Part shown: positions 11,688-23,212 of the stretch, in pieces | Layout: each line of letters opens with the position of its first letter | Position numbering within the stretch: the stretch's first letter is position 1 | Program-made: the position numbers and the translations under genes | The notes under the pieces: generated by a model | Told to the model about the DNA's origin: nothing | What the model saw: the letters and a program-made list of their open reading frames with translations, nothing else | Database searches by the model: none | Origin: Rhynchopus sp. YZ270_cl-10 | Taxonomy: Eukaryota | Assembly: GCA_964035575.1 (NCBI GenBank) | Contig: OZ037833.1 | Span: forward strand, 2,852,001 to 2,916,000 | DNA: 64,000 nt | Direction of reading: 5' to 3'

Positions 11688-12318
11688 TGTGTATACTGTG
11701 TATACTGTGTATACTGTGTATACTGTGTATACTGTGTATACTGTGTATACTGTGTATACTGTGTATACTGTGTATACTGTGTATACTGTGTATACTGTGT
11801 ATACTGTGTATACTGTGTATACTGTGTATACTGTGTATACTGTGTATACTGTGTATACTGTGTATACTGTGTATACTGTGTATACTGTGTATACTGTGTA
11901 TACTGTGTATACTGTGTATACTGTGTATACTGTGTATACTGTGTATACTGTGTATACTGTGTATACTGTGTATACTGTGTATACTGTGTATACTGTGTAT
12001 ACTGTGTATACTGTGTATACTGTGTATACTGTGTATACTGTGTATACTGTGTATACTGTGTGTACTGTGTATACTGTGTATACTGTGTATACTGTGTATA
12101 CTGTGTATACTGTGTATACTGTGTATACTGTGTATACTGTGTATACTGTGTATACTGTGTATACTGTGTATACTGTGTGTACTGTGTATACTGTGTATAC
12201 TGTGTATACTGTGTATACTGTGTATACTGTGTATACTGTGTATACTGTGTATACTGTGTATACTGTGTATACTGTGTATACTGTGTATACTGTGTATACT
12301 GTGTATACTGTGTATACT
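11688..12318. repeat. (CTGTGTATA)n 9-bp satellite, about 70 copies
   Basis: Direct reading; two variant units (CTGTGTGTA) at about 12056 and 12173. Confidence 0.97.
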
Positions 12319-13916
12319 GCGGAATTGACCAACAACGAGAACGTGTCCATTTCGGCAAATTGACCCCATCACTGGCCGGACGGATTCCGGAAATGCAAAT
12401 GCCGGCGTTTAAAAGATTCACCAACGAAAACATTTTTTTTTTCAACACATGAATGCCCCCCTAACCGGCATGACAACTGGTAGAAACACGGGGAATCGGT
12501 TATGCAGCCACGCCAAAAAAAGTGCAATATTAAGAGAAATGTTATCAAAGTCTGTTGGCCGACCTTCAGCATTATTGGGCACTAAATTTAAGATAAGAGA
12601 GCAGGAGAAACATGCAGAAAACAAAAAAATCCGTTTTTGCACACTTACACACACGTACCCACAAGTACCAACACTTACGCACACTTACGCACACGTACAC
12701 ACACTTACGCAGAACTGAGCAGAACTGACCAAAACTGAGCACAATCACGCCACAATTACACCACAATTACACCACAATTACAGCACAATTACAGCGGCCC
12801 AAAACGGTACAGCTTAATTAATTTTGCGCAGAGCAAGCCCGGGTTTAAGCCTGGGTTTTCCTCGGGTTTTAACTTTTCTGGGGTGGGCTGCCCCACCCCA
12901 CTCCGGGGGGTGTAGCCTCAGGGTGCAGCCCGGGGTAGTCAGTCGCCGAAACGAAGCTCTGTTGACAGAAAATAACGAAGTCAGTAAAGAAAACACACAC
13001 GTCTATCTCAAGGGTTACCCACACCCCCGTCACAGCCAGAACGCGACTCAATTGGTCAAACGCCGAAGGAAAAGGAAGCATGCATCATGGCGAAATTATA
13101 AAAGTAGCGTACCGTGCGCCTGCGGCGCAAGATTGCAACCCACCCTTCCCTGACATAGTTTGGCTGTAAAAATGTGCGATTATGAGCGCAATTTTTTGAA
13201 ATGTTGCGTACCGTGGCTTCGCTAGGAACCTTTGGGTGCCATGACCGCCCTTTCTTTGTTATAAATGTACTGGTTACTTACAATTCGTGTACCACGTGCG
13301 CCTGGTGCACGAATTGCTATCAATTGGGTTTACAGCCAAGGGGGTTCAAGGCACACCACAACTGGCCCCAGCCGAAAAAACAACTTTGATTTTGGGTGGG
13401 TGGGTGAGAAAAAATGAATCCTCAGTTTTTGCCCCTGTTTGTTCAGGAAAAAATTCCTATATAAAACCCTGATTGTGTCTCCGAAAAAAAAAAAACAAAT
13501 ACCCCCTGTTCAGACTTCTTTCTGGCATCTTTTTTTCGAGATATACTGTCACGAGAGGGCTTTGTATTTCAAGTCGCTCTAACCCACCTATCCCCACCCC
13601 CGGGGTCTACCAGCCCCGCACACCTTTGGCCCAATGTTCCACTCTTAGGAACTACCCACAACTGTTTTCAACACACCCACCCACACACCCACACACCTAT
13701 TCCCGTTTTTTTTACCCTTTTTACATACTTTTTGTTTTGTAAAACTGCAAGATGAACCCTCCCTCCCTCTCTCTCTCTCTCTCTTTCCCCATCATTCCGC
13801 TAATCATCCCCCATTCCCATCCCCCTTCTTCCCTAACCTCATTGTTCAGAAACCAAAACACACCATTCCTCCATGTTGAGATAGCATCATTTTATTTTTG
13901 TTCCATAAATTGAGAG

Positions 13917-15806
13917 ATGGCACAGGACGGTGGCAAGGTAGATATGGACGGGGACAAAGACATTCTCGTTGCAAGCGACGCGGGGAGTGAATGCGAGAGC
14001 TATGCACCACATGACGCGGTGCTGCAGAAGTTCTTGGATATGAAGATGCTGCTGCACACGAAGCTTGCGATGCCCAACGACATCGAGATGCCGCCGTACC
14101 GCCTGTTAGGACGGTTCTGCATGAACAGCCCTGAGCTGTGGGGCCACTCCCTCGCGGCCCTCGCAGATGAGTGGTGCTGTGCGTACCTCAACACCTCGGG
14201 CGGGATGCTCTTCGTCGGCGTCGACTCCGACGGCACCATCGAAGGCCTCCCACTCAACTCCCACCACATGCACATCCACGCGTTCCTCGCACCCTTCTTC
14301 TCCGCCCTCGATCAGTTCTGGCCTGCAGTCTCCCACGGCCTCATCACCGTCGCCCTCCTCCCCGTCTACACTCAAGTCACCGCATTCGACCCCTACTATG
14401 TCATGGTGATTCGCGTCAAGAGAGGTCCATTCCCGCTGTACACAAATAGTAAGCTGGAAGCGTATGTGGGCGACTTTGTGTTGAAGAAGCTTGCAGAAGA
14501 GGAGGCGCAGGCGCAGCTGCAGACGTTAGACGCGGCAGCGATGATGCGGTATCTGCAGGTCTACAGAGTGGCGAAGAATAGGGGCCATCCAACCTTTGGT
14601 GATGTGTTGAAAGGAGAGCGCCCCTTTGTCTTCCACTACAGCAGCCATTGGAGCCATCCGCCGTTGACGTTGATCCCAGAGAGTGCTGCGGTGGGTACCA
14701 TTGCGAAGGGTGGTGCTATTGTGGGGGCGGTGGACATTCCGGTGCATCAGCATCGTCATGGTGAACACCATCGGCATGAGCATGGACATAGACATGAGCA
14801 TAGAGAGCATGGTCACCACCACCACCACCAAGACAGAGAAGCCGGTCGTGATGTGTTTGAAGGGGATAAGCGTGACGAGAGGCGTCCTGCAGGGCGGCGT
14901 ACCCCACCATGTGTGCACAACAAATGGAAGTTTGTGAACTCCGAGCCGAACCCCTCAGGCAGCTCCATCTTCCCATACCGCATCAACCTCATCTGCGATG
15001 TGTGCGGTGCCTTCTGGAGCTCCTTCAGCAAGAAGCAGACCATGGAGGAGGTGCGCTGCAAATACTATGCACGTGGACGCGGCTGCCGTGAAGGCGACTA
15101 CTGCAAATTCAACCACATCATCGGAACTGTAGACGACCCGAGTCTGGGTGTGCCCACCCCGAAGGGCACACCCAAAGGGGGATACCAAAGCACCCCGAAG
15201 TCTGCACCACGTACACCGAAACAGCGTAAGGGGCAGAACCCTCTGTCGGGGTTGATGCGCAAGCCTGAACCGCAACTACCGGAGCTGGACGCACCACAGG
15301 TTGTACCCCAGGTGGTTCCTTCACCCGCAGTGCTTGTCCACTCTCCAGTGAAGAAGGTGGAGTCGGAGGTAAACGAAGAGGAACGCAGTGCACAGCGGTC
15401 CGGCACGTCGCCGCTGGACGCTGCACAGTCGCCTATTGCACTGCCGGAGACTCACTCTGAGGGGGCAGGCAGGTCGCCTGTGGACGCGGCTAGACCAACC
15501 ATGCAGGAGATTGCGGTGAAGGTGATCCCGCAAGTGGTCGTCTCGCCAGCAACAGGTGCAAGTGGTGCAGTGGTGCGCGAACGTGACCTCGTAGCAGAGG
15601 AGGACACAGAGGGCATCAAGCAGGACTCCCTCATGGACGTCGATCTCGATGACGATGACGACGGTGATGCGGCCCGCCAGTCCTCCCCAACAGGCAAAGG
15701 CTCCAAACCCCTGCAGGCTCCGACAAAAAAGAAGCGCCCTCGCGCTGTCAAGGCGAAGGTGACAAAGGCGTTGAAACGGGAGGGAGGAACGCCAAAAAAG
15801 CCGTGA
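13917..15806 (+). CDS. Schlafen/AlbA_2-domain protein with His-rich tract, Zn-ribbon-like motif and CCCH zinc finger
   Basis: AlbA_2 signature CAYLNTSGGMLFVGVDSDGTIEGL and YVMVIRVKRGP..LY; CVHNKW...CDVCG followed by CKYYARGRGCREGDYCKFNH; disordered C-terminus with a basic KKKRPR patch. Confidence 0.8.
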   Translation: MAQDGGKVDMDGDKDILVASDAGSECESYAPHDAVLQKFLDMKMLLHTKLAMPNDIEMPPYRLLGRFCMNSPELWGHSLAALADEWCCAYLNTSGGMLFVGVDSDGTIEGLPLNSHHMHIHAFLAPFFSALDQFWPAVSHGLITVALLPVYTQVTAFDPYYVMVIRVKRGPFPLYTNSKLEAYVGDFVLKKLAEEEAQAQLQTLDAAAMMRYLQVYRVAKNRGHPTFGDVLKGERPFVFHYSSHWSHPPLTLIPESAAVGTIAKGGAIVGAVDIPVHQHRHGEHHRHEHGHRHEHREHGHHHHHQDREAGRDVFEGDKRDERRPAGRRTPPCVHNKWKFVNSEPNPSGSSIFPYRINLICDVCGAFWSSFSKKQTMEEVRCKYYARGRGCREGDYCKFNHIIGTVDDPSLGVPTPKGTPKGGYQSTPKSAPRTPKQRKGQNPLSGLMRKPEPQLPELDAPQVVPQVVPSPAVLVHSPVKKVESEVNEEERSAQRSGTSPLDAAQSPIALPETHSEGAGRSPVDAARPTMQEIAVKVIPQVVVSPATGASGAVVRERDLVAEEDTEGIKQDSLMDVDLDDDDDGDAARQSSPTGKGSKPLQAPTKKKRPRAVKAKVTKALKREGGTPKKP

Positions 15807-16017
15807 TCCAGGGTTTTCTATATGGGGAGGGTGGTGGTGGTGGGTGGGGGGGTATTTACGCAATTACGACATCAGAGTGGGGGACAAAAAGGCAGCGACC
15901 TCACACCCCCCTTCTCCCCCAGTTTTTTGTGAGCAAAACGTCTTGTCTTGGGCTGACATGTCAGGTTTGTTGTACTTCACTTTGCACACCCACCAGACAA
16001 GGCAAGAGGAAGGAACA

Positions 16018-16953
16018 ATGGCATACGACACACCGTCTGCACCACCAGCCCCGCCAGCTCCCCACTACGACCCGAACGCTTCTCACAGCTCGCACGCACG
16101 TCCGGCGTATGAGAGTCAGCACGGCAACGCCAGTGCACCGCAGCTGCCTACACACATGCACTCTAGCGTAGGACACGCAGCACCAGCACCACCACAGCAC
16201 CACCACCACCAAAGCCAAGGCAGCTCGAAAATGGACCTGCAGGAAATTATCAACAGGTTCGACATCTCGATTGCCCGAGGTGACGAGCTTGCAATGCTGT
16301 ACAACTACAGAATTGTCTTCATTGCTGACGACTCCGGCAGCATGCAGCTCCCTGCCTGTCCCGGCTACACACGTTGGACAGAGCTTGGCACCACCATCTC
16401 GATGCTTGTGGACATGGCTGCCTGCTTCTCTCCTGATGGAATCGACATCCACTTCCTCAACCGTCCTGCCGTTCTCGGTGTGAAGAGCAACCATGACCCC
16501 GCTTTGCAACAGTCGCTTGCACAGGGTCCATCTGGAGGCACACCACTCTCTCAGTGCACACAGGCTATTATCAACAAGTACCAAGGTGGGAAGGATGTGC
16601 TCTTGATGATTGCCACAGACGGTGAGCCCAATGAAGGTCCCGAGGCGTTCAAGCAGGTCGTGCGAAGCGCGATTCAAAGAAGGTTCAGGTTCCAGATCCT
16701 TGCGTGCACGAATGACGAGGCTGAGATTGGGTGGCTGAACAAGTTCGACCGTGAGTTTAAAGAAGTTGACGTGATGGACGACTTTGACAGCGAACGGAAA
16801 GAAGTGTTGCAGGCAGGCCGTTGCCAGAGGTTCACGAGGGGTGACTATCTTATCAAAGCGCTTTTGGGTGCTGTTTGCGCGAAGTTTGATGGTTGGGATG
16901 AGTCGCCCACGATGATGAAGAAGCTGAAGAAGAAGAAGTGTGTTGTGATGTGA
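16018..16953 (+). CDS. VWA-domain protein with C-terminal polybasic CaaX (paralogue 1)
   Basis: MIDAS motifs IVFIADDSGSM, GGTPL, IATDGEP; ends KKLKKKKCVVM. Start placed at ATG 16018. Confidence 0.88.
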   Translation: MAYDTPSAPPAPPAPHYDPNASHSSHARPAYESQHGNASAPQLPTHMHSSVGHAAPAPPQHHHHQSQGSSKMDLQEIINRFDISIARGDELAMLYNYRIVFIADDSGSMQLPACPGYTRWTELGTTISMLVDMAACFSPDGIDIHFLNRPAVLGVKSNHDPALQQSLAQGPSGGTPLSQCTQAIINKYQGGKDVLLMIATDGEPNEGPEAFKQVVRSAIQRRFRFQILACTNDEAEIGWLNKFDREFKEVDVMDDFDSERKEVLQAGRCQRFTRGDYLIKALLGAVCAKFDGWDESPTMMKKLKKKKCVVM

Positions 16954-18179
16954 TATCTGTTCTCGTGGAGACAAAATTGTTGCCTTATTTACAACAAATT
17001 TGTGCCATTGCATTGTTGAAGCACTATTCTAACTTCAGCTAACGTTCACAATAAAAGTTCTTGAACCGAACGGTTCTTTTTTTGTGTGATCTGGGGTGAG
17101 AAAGCGTTCCAACTTTCCAACTTCTTCCCCAATTTTCCATTCGATTTTACCCCCCCGTTTTAGAATCAACAGAGACTACGTTAAGATTCTAGATTCACTT
17201 TTTGTTTCATGGTTTGAGGAGTAGTTTCCAGGAGTTGTGTAATCTTCGGTGTTTTTCACACATCTCGGTGCCAATTGAGAAGGCGTGCACAGTTACGCTT
17301 GGACTACGTCGCCCCTTCACTGGGGAAAAAAAAGGATAGGGCCCTGCCCCCCTTGATAAGCTATGGTAGACGCCCCGTGCAGTCCGTCAGGAAACGAGGC
17401 TTTTTTACTTCTGTACGTGATAAGATGCTCTTATAGACCCTCCTGTTCTGAGTGGGTCAATGGCTAATCTGTGCCTGCATCCCGCGCTGAGCGGTGAGGT
17501 GTTTGCATTTTTCAACTCTTTTTTGTGGATTTTTTAGCGTACGTCTATTTGCTCTCTTCTTCAAGGATCCTGTGAAGAAAAATCGTGGCTGCTATCCAGT
17601 GATAAGTAGTCTCTAATCAAACAATTTTTTTTGGAGATTTTATTTAGGGGGGGTCTTTTTGTTCTGCACACACAGCTGCTGCACAACTGGAACAAAGTCA
17701 GGGGGGTGTTTGCGATGTATATTTTTCAAATTCAAATTCAAAAAGAAAAAAAAATATCTGCTGCAAGCAATTGTTGTTTGTTGCGATTTAGTTTGGTCTG
17801 TGAGTGTGAATAGTTGGTAGCAAAAGTTGACTCAAAAACAATCGTTCCTGTGTCCGTAACCAGCTCTTTATGGTCTCTGTAGTGCGTGATGACAATGTGT
17901 GTGTGTGTGTCGACGTGTTTTCAGTTGTGAGTCTATCTGTTAGCATCTCAGTTCTTCCTTTGCTTCTTTCCAATTACCGTTTATGTTACACCCCCTATGT
18001 GACCCCCTTCCCCATTAATACTTTTGACTACCCTGCTTGGATGAAGGCTTTGCATGAGAGATGTCATATCCCTGTTGCCACGTCGAGGTGTCGTTCTTCT
18101 GGCATGTGTGAAGACGCAGACCCGAGACGAGAGCTTGCATCATACCGCACACAACAGATCACCAGTCAGCACACACAAC

Positions 18180-19229
18180 ATGGCCGCCACTGCACCCCCC
18201 GCACCGCCTGCGCAGTACCAGTCAGCTGCGTACACACCACATCAACGTCATGCAGGCCGCCGTCAACAAGGGTCCCGACAGAACCCCGACAGGAGCAGCC
18301 AGTCCATGCAGTCCTCCATGGACCTCTCAACGTCAGCCTATTCCAACGCCAGTGCACCATCCATGCCTATGCACCCAAACGAGCACTCTGGCGTACCACC
18401 CCCAGCCCCAGCCCACCAGCTGCCCGCATACCACCACGACCCAGTAGGACACGCAGCACCAGCACCCCCACAGCCCCACCACCACCAAAGCCAAGGCAGC
18501 TCGAAAATGGACCTGCAGGAAATAATCAACAGGTTCGACATCTCGATTGCCCGAGGGGACGAGCTTGCAATGCTGTACAACTACAGAATTGTCTTCATTG
18601 CTGACGACTCCGGCAGCATGCAGCTCCCTGCCTGTCCCGGCTACACACGTTGGACAGAGCTTGGCACCACCATCTCGATGCTTGTGGACATGGCTGCCTG
18701 CTTTTCTCCTGATGGAATCGACATCCACTTCCTCAACCGTCCTGCCGTTCTCGGTGTGAAGAGCAACCATGACCCCGCTTTGCAACAGTCGCTTGCACAG
18801 GGTCCATCTGGAGGAACGCCACTCTCTCAGTGCACACAGGCTATTATCAACAAGTACCAAGGTGGGAAGGATGTGCTCTTGATGATTGCCACAGACGGTG
18901 AGCCCAATGAAGGTCCCGAGGCGTTCAAGCGAGTTGTGCGAAGCGCGATTCAAAGAAGGTTCAGGTTCCAGATCCTTGCGTGCACGAATGACGAGGCTGA
19001 GATTGGGTGGCTGAACAAGTTCGACCGTGAGTTTCAAGAAGTTGACGTGATGGACGACTTTGACAGCGAACGGAAAGAAGTGTTGCAGGCAGGCCGTTGC
19101 CAGAGGTTCACGAGGGGTGACTATCTTATCAAAGCGCTTTTGGGTGCTATTTGCGCGAAGTTTGATGGTTGGGATGAGTCGCCCACGATGATGAAGAAGA
19201 TGAAGAAGAAGAAGTGTATTGTGATGTGA
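18180..19229 (+). CDS. VWA-domain protein with C-terminal polybasic CaaX (paralogue 2)
   Basis: Near-identical to paralogue 1 over the last about 780 nt; ends KKMKKKKCIVM. Confidence 0.88.
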   Translation: MAATAPPAPPAQYQSAAYTPHQRHAGRRQQGSRQNPDRSSQSMQSSMDLSTSAYSNASAPSMPMHPNEHSGVPPPAPAHQLPAYHHDPVGHAAPAPPQPHHHQSQGSSKMDLQEIINRFDISIARGDELAMLYNYRIVFIADDSGSMQLPACPGYTRWTELGTTISMLVDMAACFSPDGIDIHFLNRPAVLGVKSNHDPALQQSLAQGPSGGTPLSQCTQAIINKYQGGKDVLLMIATDGEPNEGPEAFKRVVRSAIQRRFRFQILACTNDEAEIGWLNKFDREFQEVDVMDDFDSERKEVLQAGRCQRFTRGDYLIKALLGAICAKFDGWDESPTMMKKMKKKKCIVM

Positions 19230-20894
19230 TGCGACTTGGTCGTGTCGCTGGGTACACGCTGTACCCTAAAGTTTTGATTCACTCAAACGATACTTGCTGG
19301 GTCTTATCACAGATCAGGCACATCGTACGAGACAACACTCGCTTTGTTGTGAAGTGACTGAGCGATGATTCTTCTTACCAACGTTTCTCGGTATTCTGGC
19401 CTACGCCCATGATGTTTCACACGAAAGAGAGACACATAACTATCATCAGCATTTCAAGGTGGCTAAACACGAGATACTTCGGGTCATCTGAACTAATTTT
19501 CTTTTTTTTTTTCCCCCTCAGAAAACTTCTTTCCGTCCTTGCGATGCCAAGGCAGTCTGCCCTAGTTTTTTTAAAGTTAAAACTCTAACGAACCTTCAGG
19601 TGCAAGTCGCTCGTCCCCCCCGCACGTGTATTTGTATTTTGACGAAGAGTAGGGGGCCGCTTAATTGCCCCCCAACAACACAGCCAATAACAATTTACTT
19701 CAACCCCAGAATGTTGTTCGTTCATCATACTGCCGAGAGCATCTCCCTCCGTCCTTTTTTCCTTCTCCCATTGGAGGTGTCTCTCTGAGGTGCTTGGTGT
19801 CTTGCCAAGGTTCACGCTTCAACGGCCCTTTAGATTTTTGCCACCGGAAATGCTTCTGCCGTCGTTGTCGTTGACCACAAGGCGACAGGACGGCACGGCG
19901 TAAGGGCACGCGGTACTTGCACCCGCAGAAGGTGCGTTCACCGTCGGCGCCATTTGTGTCTGTGCTTGCATCCCGCTGACGCTCATTTGTGAGCCGTCGC
20001 ATTCGCTGCCATTTGTTCCATTTGCGTGCATAACATACTATCCACGAAACCCGTCCTGAGGGTTTCTCCTGTCTACATCTTTCCCCCCTTGCGATATAGG
20101 TGCAATTGTCTTGACGAAATTCCCAAAAGAATAAAAAAGAGGGTAAAAAAAAACAGTGTTGAGACATTGCGCCCAGATTTGGTCAGGTTTGTATGTGTGT
20201 TTTCTTAACTCAAAGATAGGCAAAGGCCGCGTACGGCACGGGTCTGTCGTTTTCAAGTTTCGTTTATTTTGTTTATTTTGTTTTTTTTTTCCAAACAGCA
20301 CAACATCATAATGCTTAACTGCATCAGTTTATTTTTGGTACCTCCCAAGGCGTCTGCTAGCCATGATAGGAATTGGAACACTGTCCATCCCCATTGTGGT
20401 TACTCTTCATGAGGCTTCGGAGCTAAAATGCGGCCCTCTCTCTGTTGGAGAACACTTTCGGTCTCACAACTGCAGACGGCCCTCCTGCTCCCTTCATGTC
20501 CGTTCACAGGCTAGCATCCAGTGTACGTTCAGATGCACACCGGTTGTCCAGGTTACCTTCCTGTTGTTTAGCATTTCGCTTTTTTTCAATAGTATTTTTT
20601 AAAGGTGACCAAGCAAGCGAGAGCTTAAGGTCAGCTTTTTAACTTTTCTCTTTTTTTGATTTCTTTTTTGCACATGAAGGGAGATCCATAGAATAGATGA
20701 GGTTTGGTTATCGTTCAAGAAACGCGCATGCGATCCATTCTTCAGTGCTTCTACTTTTTTATTTGCCTTTTTTCTCAAGATGTATCTTTTCATCTTTTCC
20801 TCAAAAGACTTCTTTTCTTACGAAACCATTCAACCCACCTACCCTTCCCCCTACTCACCCAATCACCGGCCCAGGGGTTTTGCAGATCCAAACT

Positions 20895-21791
20895 ATGGCG
20901 TACCGTCCGAGCTTTGCTAACGGTGGTGGGTATACGGCACTGAACAACCCGTCAGCACCGCCCATGCCTGTGGGGCATGGCAACGATGTGTCCATGCAGC
21001 CTCGTCAGTCGCAGCCACAAAAGAGCGCCCAGCCCAACTTAGAGGAGATCATCCAGAGGTTTGACATCTCTGTCGCAAGGGGTGACGAACTCAGCGTCCT
21101 TCTCAACTACAGAATCGTCTTCATTGCTGACGATTCCGGCAGCATGCAGCTCCCTGCCTGTCCCGGCTACACACGTTGGACAGAGCTTGGCACCACCATC
21201 TCGATGCTTGTGGACATGGCTGCCTGCTTCAACCCCGCAGAAGGTATCGACATCCACTTCCTCAACCGAGCAGCCGTTCTCGGTGTGAAGAGCAACCACG
21301 ACCCCGCTTTGCAGCAGTCGCTTGCACAGGGTCCATCTGGAGGCACACCACTCGCTCAGTGCACACAGGCTATTATCAACAAGTACCAAGGTGGGAAGGA
21401 TGTGCTCTTGATGATTGCCACAGACGGTGAGCCCAATGAAGGTCCTGAAGTGTTCAAAGACGTCGTGCGGAAGGGGATCGCAAGAAGGTTCAGGTTCCAG
21501 ATCCTTGCGTGCACGAATGACGAGGCTGAGATTGGATGGCTGAACAAGTTCGACCGTGAGTTTCTAGAAGTTGACGTGATGGACGACTTTGACAGCGAAC
21601 GGAAAGAAGTGTTGCAGGCAGGCCGTTGCCAGAGGTTCACGAGGGGTGACTATCTTATCAAAGCTCTATTGGGTGCGGTGTCTGCGAAGTTTGATGGTTG
21701 GGATGAAAAACTGGGTAAGAAAAGCCCAGGTAGGGGGAACGCAGGTGGGGGGGAGGTTCAGCAGAAAAACAACTGTTGCACTGTTATGTGA
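20895..21791 (+). CDS. VWA-domain protein with CC-aaX tail (paralogue 3)
   Basis: Same VWA core with different N- and C-termini; ends NNCCTVM. Confidence 0.88.
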   Translation: MAYRPSFANGGGYTALNNPSAPPMPVGHGNDVSMQPRQSQPQKSAQPNLEEIIQRFDISVARGDELSVLLNYRIVFIADDSGSMQLPACPGYTRWTELGTTISMLVDMAACFNPAEGIDIHFLNRAAVLGVKSNHDPALQQSLAQGPSGGTPLAQCTQAIINKYQGGKDVLLMIATDGEPNEGPEVFKDVVRKGIARRFRFQILACTNDEAEIGWLNKFDREFLEVDVMDDFDSERKEVLQAGRCQRFTRGDYLIKALLGAVSAKFDGWDEKLGKKSPGRGNAGGGEVQQKNNCCTVM

Positions 21792-23212
21792 TCTGTTTTT
21801 GCGGGGGGATTTTTTTCTCTTTTTTTTTGCAATCATTTCGGCGAGGTGCATTATTTGTGCTTCACTGACACAAGGGAACTACCCAGGAAAGGGGTACAAT
21901 GAAGAACGAGTAGGTAACAACCTACGTTGTGCGGCTAGCCTTCACTAACTCTTCGCTCAATCTATTGCCCTGGAAGTCTTCGGTGCACACTGCTTGTCTT
22001 TGTAGAGAGGTGGGCAGTGTATTTTATTTTTAGTATTTTTAAGTGACTACGGATGAGATACGAATAACATTAAGTAATCTAATCAGACTACGGATGAGAT
22101 ACTCAGGATTTAGCAACTCTTTTGCGGGTGAAGGGCAGATGTAAACCATGCAATGGATGTTGGCACAGCATGGTTTTTTGGTTCACCCCCCGGTATCCTG
22201 GTAATGCACCAAGGTACACTTAACTTAATGTATTTCAAAGTCCATTTTGTTTTTGTGCGATCTTTTGTTTCTAAAGTACCCCCCCTGTTTGCTAGCGTAG
22301 CAGCATCGTCGTTGTGTTCTGTAGGAGTCTAAATAGCACTTTTGTATCCAAAAGAATAAAGTTTAACCCCGGAATCGCTTGAACAACCACGAGCTGCGCA
22401 GTGCGCAAACAGGCGGGTTTAAAAAAAAAACCCCCCCCAAATCTAGTGCAGTTTAGTTATGTTAACTTACGATGGTAATATTCTACGATGGCATGGTTTT
22501 TGCATGTCATGTAAGGCCAAGTTCCACAACAATCATGCGCACCATTTTACAGTTACCGAGTACAGTAACCGCGTGCGGGCCTTTTTTTGTGATTTTCTCC
22601 CATTCGACCTGCGTCGGGGGGGTATTGTTTTGTCTCCCCCGAGTATGTCATTGTCATTTGGTGATATTGGAGGTTTAGTTAGTATCACACAGCATTTTCT
22701 TTTAACAAAACAACCAACACATCTCAGACGCGCATAATGTCCTTTCCATGGGGATGATAGTTCACCACCCAAAACTGATGTGTCCCTTTCCAACTTCGAG
22801 GCATGTGTTGGCATTGTGTGCGTCTTTTTTTCTTTTTTCTGGTTTTCCCAGTAAATGGGTACTTCCCGTACAGAATATGCCCTATTGTGTGGTGTGACGG
22901 TGCTTGCCACTGTCGTAAGGTTTCAGGTAAAGTGCTCTGTTTTCCCAGCTTCTGTTAGAAGCTGTGAAGGCGCCTGCATCCTGACTGTACTACCCCATTA
23001 AGACGCGTCTGTTTGTATTGCTTTATGTTATGTACCAACACGTGGCCACACCCTCACTGCACATCGATGCAGTGCGGCCGCTTTCCCCCTCTACATAATG
23101 GATTCCTTATTAGCACTGCAAAAAAGGGGGACCCAACTTTTTAAGGTTATCCTCCCACTTTTCCCATTCTTGCACCTAATTCAATTCAGAAAAATCCCAT
23201 AAAAATACAAAA

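Larger units (their letters stand above)
11291..12811. mobile_element. Non-autonomous TIR element with TGT...ACA ends and 6-bp TSD, carrying two satellites
   Basis: TGTACCGTTTT (11291) and AAAACGGTACA (12801-12811) are perfect inverted termini; GCTTAA is duplicated at 11285-11290 and 12812-12817. Confidence 0.85.

Noticed and set aside
11516..12318. Telomere or CRISPR array
   Set aside because: Units are head-to-tail with no unique spacers, no cas genes are present, the unit is not TTAGGG-like, and the array is internal to a TIR element.
11399..12452. Long ORFs in all six frames (YTQ, SIH, YTV, YCV, CIL repeats)
   Set aside because: Artefacts of stop-free 5-bp and 9-bp satellites.
16900..16953. 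Ras-family GTPase suggested by the KKKKCVVM tail
   Set aside because: No G-box motifs; the core is a VWA domain.
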